Part shown: positions 35,896 through 41,977 of the stretch, in pieces
Position numbering within the stretch: the first letter of the stretch is position 1
Layout of the letters: each line of letters opens with the position of its first letter
NCBI RefSeq assembly: GCF_004010195.1
Contig: NC_057749.1
Coordinates: 26,090,599-26,132,575 of the forward strand
Source of the DNA: Chiloscyllium plagiosum
Taxonomy: Eukaryota
Reading direction: 5' to 3'
Length of the DNA: 41,977 nt
The notes under the pieces: model-generated
Database searches by the model: none
What the model saw: the letters and a program-made list of their open reading frames with translations, nothing else
Told to the model about the DNA's origin: nothing
Translations under genes and position numbers: made by a program

Positions 35896-36930
35896 AGAGT
35901 CATAGAGATATACAGCACAAAAACAAACCCTTTGCTCCAAACCATCCATGTCAACCAGATATCTGAAATAAATCTGGTCCCATTTGCCAGCATTTAGTCC
36001 ATATCCCTCTAAACTCTTCCTGTTGACATACATGTCCAGATGCCTTTTAAATTTTGCAATTGTATCAGACTAAACCACTTCCTCTGGCTGCGCATTCCAT
36101 GCAGGCATCACCCTCTGCATGAAAAAGTTGGCCCTTAGGTCCCTTTTAAATATTCCCTCTCTCACCTTAAACCGAAGCCCTATAGTTTTGGACACCCCCA
36201 CTCTTGGGGAAAAGACCTTATCTATTTACCATATCCATGCCCCTCATTATTTTATAAACTTCTATTATAAGGTCACCCCTAAGCCTCCAACGCCCTAGGG
36301 AAAATAGCCCAAGTCTAGATGAGAGTGGTGCTGGAAAAGCACAGCAAGTCAGGCAGCAGCCGAGGAGCAGAAAAATCGACGTTTCGGGCAAAAGCCCTTC
36401 ATCAGGAATAGAGGCAGGGTGCCTGCAGAGTGGAGATATAAATGAGAGGGGGGTGGGAGTGGAGAGAAAATAACAGAGTACAATAGGTGAATGGGGATAG
36501 GGATGGAAGGTCAGAGAGGAGAGTGGAGTGGAGTGGATAGGTAGAAAGGAAGATAGGCAGCTAGGACAGGTTCTAGATTAGGACAGGTCATGGGGACAGT
36601 GCTGAGCTGGAAGGTTGGAGCTGGGGTGAGGTGGGGGAAAGGGAAATGAGGAACCTGGTGAAATCCACATTGATGCCCTGGGGTTGAAGTGTTCTGAGGC
36701 GGAAGATGAGGCGTTCTTCCTCCAGGCATCGGGGGGTGAGGGAGCGGTGGTGGAGGAGGCCCAGGACCTGCATGTCCTCGGCAGAGTGGGAGGGGGAGTT
36801 GAAAAGTTGGGCCACAGGGCGGTGGGGTTGATTGGTGTGGGTGTCCCGGAGATGTTCCCTAAAGTGCTCAGCCCAAGTCTATTTAGCTTCTCCCTATTGC
36901 TCAAACCCTCCAATCCCGGCAACATCTTTT
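35896..36930 (-). mobile_element. CR1 3' fragment interrupted by a PLE
   Basis: MLPGLEGLSNREKLNRLGL at the far end; AGAGTCATAGAG tail at 35896. Confidence 0.85.
36318..36869 (-). mobile_element. PLE 3' fragment (GIY-YIG endonuclease C-terminus and tail)
   Basis: AQLFNSPSHSAEDMQVLGLL…LEEERLIFRLRTLQPQGINVDF; 12-bp duplication AGCCCAAGTCTA on both sides; intact hammerhead core at 36378-36405. Confidence 0.85.
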
Positions 36931-37970
36931 CTGAACTTGTCTCAGTTTAAAGATGTTGAATAATAATTAGCTGTTAATTACAGTTTTTGGATTTTTGAAA
37001 ATTTTCCTGAAATGCTAGTAAATATTCCTGATTTGTTTTCACCTCATACCACCTCAACCATTTATTGAGGAATTGTGGAAGTTTTAAATGCAAGCCCATC
37101 CCATTAACTTTGGGCTTGGGCTCAGCATCCAGCCTGGAACTCCATATCACCCCAAGCAACAGTGAAAGGTTGTGCTGTAATTAGCTATTTGCCTGTACAC
37201 TAATGATTAATAATGATCTAGTTCTGCCAAACCTGTAAAACATTACTTTCAAGCCATCCTGCAGAATCCAACATGTTTTGATACTCTGTCATGATTCCTT
37301 CCATTAGGCCTTAAAAATAAATGATGCAATGTAAATGAAAAAAAATTCATATAAAACAGGAACTTTAACTCCTTCAAACTCAATTTCCTTCATTACAGAG
37401 TGGTGAACACAACCTATTCCAGTCCTATCGGGATAGGAAACTGTGCAAGAGGCAATTCAAAAGACATTTAATGTTATATTTAAGCACCTAACTTAAAATT
37501 GGAAGAAAACCGTGCCACTACAGATACATGAACATAAACACCCAACCTGTTGTGCAGTACTGAGGGTGCGTTCCATTATTCGAGTATGTTCAACTCTGAC
37601 TGTGGATATCGCTCCTATACTGGTTAATTGTACTGGGCACTACAAAATGTAGGTGTTCCTACACCCCAAGGACTTATTTATTCATGGGATGAGGGCATCG
37701 TTGGCTAGGTCACATTTACTGCCCATCCCTAATCGCCCAGAGGGCAGTAAGAATCAGCTCCATTGCTGTGGGTCTGGAGTCACATGTACACCAGACCAGA
37801 TAAGGATGGTAGTTTCCTTCTTAAAGGCCATTAGTGAACCAAGTGGGCTTTCCAACAATTGACAATGGTTTCACAGTCATCATTAGATCCTTAAATCCAG
37901 ATTTTTTAAAATTGAATTCAAATTCCACCATCCGCCTTGGTGGGTTTGAACTCAGGTCCCCAGAACATTA

Positions 37971-38657
37971 TGTAGGTGTGGGAGAAAAACAAACCACTTT
38001 GCCTGCCCACCACTTGCTCACAGAAACCATGTCAATTTTAGCCAAAGTGAGCCTACCCAGAATGCCATTGGCACATCAACTAGACCACACTCAGCTCAGA
38101 AGCTAACAGTGAAATAAGACATTTCCTAAACAGTTTCACGACTGAAGGAATACATCACCTAGATGATCTGCTAACTGGTTTTCCTATCTTAAAATAATAT
38201 CACTGCTTCTGAAGCCCTAAGGGCATTCCCTGTCTCCCCAGACACTCAATCCCCACAAAGTCGACACAGACTAGGTGGCACCAAGATACCTGACAAGAAT
38301 GAACACTACCCTAGGGACCCATTAAAGCCAGGATGTTAGCAGTTAGCACCCGTTTCTGCACATTAGCTAAACCTTACAATTGTTAACTGATGGATACTGC
38401 TGGACAAGCAATTGTTTTCTATTAACTGTAATTGAAACTGCATTGTCTTGTAATTAGCATGTCACTATTGTAATCCTATAAGAACTGCCTGTATCTGAAG
38501 CTCAGGGAAGAGAATCCTTGACTTAACTGTGCTAAGTGTCCATTTTGTATCAGTCCAGTCAGTTTCTCTTCCCTGCTATATCATGAGAAATAAACAGTGC
38601 TCGTCAATTTCACAATCTGTGTGTGGCCTCTATTTGTAATTGGACAATTCTCCGACA
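37971..38657 (+). mobile_element. putative solo LTR (~690 bp) inserted into an older repeat
   Basis: TGTAGG…CCGACA termini, TATAA (~38477), AATAAA (~38589); splits a repeat (CAGAACATTA | CTAGATCTCTG) that is uninterrupted near 12120-12180; TSD unclear. Confidence 0.6.
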
Positions 38658-39321
38658 CTAGATCTCTGCATTAACAGTTGAAAAATGTGATGCTGGAAAA
38701 ACACAGCAGGCCAGACAGCATCCAAGGAGCAGGAGAATCGACATTTCGGGCATAAGCCCTTCTTCAGGAATGAGGGGGTTGGGACTGAGATGGGGGGGGG
38801 GGGGGGGTAATGAGGAAGCTGGAGAAATCTACATTTTTTCCCTCTGCATTAACAGTCCAATGATAACACCACAAGGCCATTTCCTCACCCCCTTAATGTA
38901 GCAGTTCAAGGAGGCAGCTTACCCCTACAGGGCAATTGCTACAGGGCAATTAAAGATAGTCAATAAATGCTGGCCCATGCCGCATGTTGAATGAAAAAAA
39001 AAGTGCTGCACCACTGGGAAGAACACAAAGCAATCTTCTTCACCATCCACCAAAGGTGTCCTGGCCAAAATTTATCCCTCAACAAGCATCATTATAACAG
39101 ACCACTTGGAAACTTTTTCACAGTTGTTTGTGGGAGCCTGCCATTGGCATCAACTGGAAAATCTACTTTTTATTTTAAAATACTTTAGCATCAGGCAAAC
39201 TGTCTCACATGCATGAGACCATTATAAAATGAAGTACTTGTGTTAAGGTAATGAAAGATAGAATTGGAGCACATGAACAAGTGTCTGATCTAACAATACA
39301 CAGTGAATGCCTCACATAATA

Positions 39322-39949
39322 CAGAGGAATCTCGATTATCCGAACAAGATAGGCGGGCGTTATTTCATTCGGATAATTGATTATTCAGTTAATTGATTTC
39401 CTCTGGTGCTTGGAGTTTTCTGTGAAGTCTGTTCTCCGTTCAGAAGACGAGGCAAAAGCACACTGCATATGAGACCCTGCCCCCCACCCCTGTCTGCTCC
39501 CACCCTGCCCACCCCTGACCCCATCCGCTCCCACCCAGCTCTCCAGGGCAGCTGGACTGGACACCAATAGTAAGACTGCTGCTGCCTTTGTGGGCTAAGT
39601 CTCCAAATATCACACACACACACCTTTTTGACAGGTTCCACCTTTGCCTGTANNNNNNNNNNNNNNNNNNNNNNNNNNNNNNNNNNNNNNNNNCTCCAGG
39701 GAACGTGTGGAGGGGGGGGGGGGGGGGGAAAGAGAGAGAGAGAGAGAGAGCGCAGGAGGTCAGTCATTTGGAGACAGTGCCTGGACTGTCCAGGACTGTT
39801 CTTGGCAGCATTTCAGTGAGTCAAGTTCGTTTTTAATCATTGTACCTGTAAACAAAAGACGAGATCAGGGTTAGAACAGCTCTTTGACATAATGTTTCTA
39901 TCGGGGCCTCGAGATCATCTTCGATATTCGGATAATCAAGATTCCTCTG
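39322..39949. mobile_element. Tc1/mariner-type non-autonomous DNA transposon
   Basis: TIRs CAGAGGAATCTCGATTATCCGAA / TTCGGATAATCAAGATTCCTCTG, TA on both flanks. Confidence 0.9.
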
Positions 39950-41184
39950 TAAATAATACTTATAAAAAAGTGTCATTCTATAATTAAGACTGAATGCATT
40001 AATCCATTGTATTAAACTGCTGATGCCTTCTTCTACTGGCATAAACCTGGCGTCACATATGCCCAAATTGTCCAACAATTCAAGGGTGCAGCAGTTATGA
40101 TGTTCACTGCTACATGGTGTCAGTCTGAAGTATGCTTCTTTTACAGGTGAAGTCAAAACATGGGCAGGCACCTGTGGCAACATCTCACGTCAGGGAGGAG
40201 CATTCACAGAAGCTAACAGATTTCTGGTGAATTTTTGAGACAGTGCAGACGGTTTCCCAGCAGCAGCAAAACAATTTACAACATCACTTTAGTTTGAGTA
40301 ATAACAAGGCTTGCATAATTTGATTGGAATCAGTTTGTTATTTATAATCCCAATGTTGAAGTGGTTTACATTCAGAACAAAGTTCTAAATAAAATGAAGT
40401 GAAAGATTGTGGATGTTTGAAAGTTGGCTCTGCTTCTCCCATCATCAGCAGCTATGGAGACTGTTCCAAACACTCTTTTACCTTTTCCACGATTGTTGAT
40501 ATCTCTGCCATTGCCCCATAACCTGCAACAGACAACAAAACACAGCAGTTACACAGTACCTGCAAAGTAACCTGCAAATGAATGGCAATTTCAAACATTT
40601 ATTGCAGGGATGTTTAAAAGCAGCTGAGGTCATATCTGGAACTGCCACCTTGCCTGTTGTCCCATGTCAAGTGAGCAGGTTTAAAGCAAGCTCTCAAGCT
40701 TCAGTCTAATATTAAGGAGACTAGATGCTGCCTGACCTGCTGCGCTTTTCCAGCAACACATTTCCATCTCAGTCTAATATTAAACCTATCTCGCAAGAGA
40801 CCACCACCGCTGTAAAAGTTTATGACTAAGATAAGTTCAGAATGCCTCATGGGAGAAAGTTAAATAGCTCCTGAAAAAATTCCCACTCTGATTCTATTTT
40901 CATACATAGCTTGGTAGATACAAAGATAAAACATTACAATTAGAACAAGTTTATGATCATTTTTAACAAGCCCCCAAGATGCTTAAATTTGAATTGGACA
41001 ATATAGCCCCAACAGCTTGCAAACATAATAGCTGTTAAGGGGATACTGAACATTAAAAGAAGTTTGCCACTTTACCTAAATGACCCAATATATAACATGC
41101 CTAAAAGAAAGAAGATAAATCACACACCAGCATGCTTAATCTTTGCCACACTTCTTACAGAATAAAGCTACAAGGCAATCACTG

Positions 41185-41378
41185 TACCTGCGGGATCATT
41201 TTTCGCAGCTAAAGTTACCCGCAGATTACCGCGCACCGAACATATTATAGGGAATCAGGAGGCTGTCAGGAAGGTACGTTTCCCATTGAAATGAATGGCT
41301 TGGCTCCTATCCGTGGTTTCAGGCTTCTGCGGTAAGTCCTGGAACGCATCCCCCGCAGGTATGGGTGGGACTACTATA
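41185..41378. mobile_element. Tigger/pogo-like MITE remnant
   Basis: TACCTGCGGG…CCCGCAGGTATGGGTGGGACTACT; CpG-rich interior; left TIR truncated. Confidence 0.55.
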
Positions 41379-41643
41379 CCTTCTTACATTAACTGCAATG
41401 CAGGGTTAAGGATTCCCCCACTTATCCTATATCTAAGTGCTGTCAAAATAAAGACAGTGAACAGCTGATGAGTCTTTCTTTTTAAAAAATATTAAGATTT
41501 ATTAGAAGCACAAAGGTTTTTTTTTTAATCTAACAGGTAAAATGGTAGGAAAGTCCCAACTTCTCGAGCTCACATTTTGTGCTATGTGGGAACTCAAGGG
41601 CACTTACCCTGGTAACACTAACTAGAAAGCATCACAGTTGCAA

Positions 41644-41891
41644 ATGCTCAAGCTTTGGATTTCAAAACCTGAACAGCAGTTGGCATCACTGCAGCTGTGA
41701 TAATGCAGCATTTTATGCTTGTAGACAAGGCACCGCAAACCGGCAAGGGAATGGTGTCAGGGGGCATGCTCAAGCTTTGGATTTCAAAACCTGAACAGCA
41801 GTTGGCATCACTGCAGCTGTGATAATGCAGCATTTTATGCTTGTAGACAAGGCACCGCAAACCGGCAAGGGAATGGTGTCAGGGGGCATGC
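41644..41891. repeat. perfect 122-bp tandem duplication
   Basis: 41644-41765 equals 41766-41887, with ATGC microhomology at the junctions. Confidence 0.95.
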
Positions 41892-41977
41892 AACAGGAAG
41901 GACAGGCTGGAGCAGAGCAGATGACAGTTACCGGAGAGGTACAGCTGCCGAGCGAAGCTCCGACAGGACAGGAGGAG

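Noticed and set aside
40147..40226. Possible 80-nt plus-strand exon (TTTTACAG|…CTG|GTGAAT), open in two frames
   Set aside because: No recognisable protein and no partner exons identified.
5782..40522. Possible small minus-strand exons with AG/GT borders (~40482-40522, 30291-30324, 23561-23637, 11535-11563, 5783-5912)
   Set aside because: The chainings I tried hit stop codons and no peptide is recognisable. Such sites are expected by chance in 42 kb. RNA-seq or tblastx would be needed to rescue any of them.

Overview
Vertebrate genomic DNA from a gapped draft assembly. It is most likely a cartilaginous fish (shark), inferred from HE1-like tRNA-derived SINEs, HER1-like CR1 LINE tails and abundant Penelope-derived repeats. 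I could not recognise any host protein-coding exon, RNA gene or prokaryotic system, so the window reads as intronic or intergenic. It is dominated by transposable elements: many CR1 3' fragments (one about 2.2 kb, with RT remnants), an RTE fragment, Penelope-like fragments and tails with minimal hammerhead-ribozyme motifs, TA-flanked Tc1/mariner-type MITEs and several solo-LTR-like elements. The most unusual structure involves two copies of one short solo-LTR-like family (24231-26707 and 31153-34041). Both are loaded with poly(A) retroposons of two families that I saw nowhere else in the window. One copy holds a roughly 2.6 kb head-to-tail array of Tx1-like LINE 3' ends that share a fixed LTR-like 5' junction, which suggests target-specific retrotransposition into this LTR. 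There are also two old inverted copies (about 130-150 bp) of sequence lying 1.2-1.5 kb away, and several fold-back hairpins. All family assignments come from visual motif recognition, not database searches.
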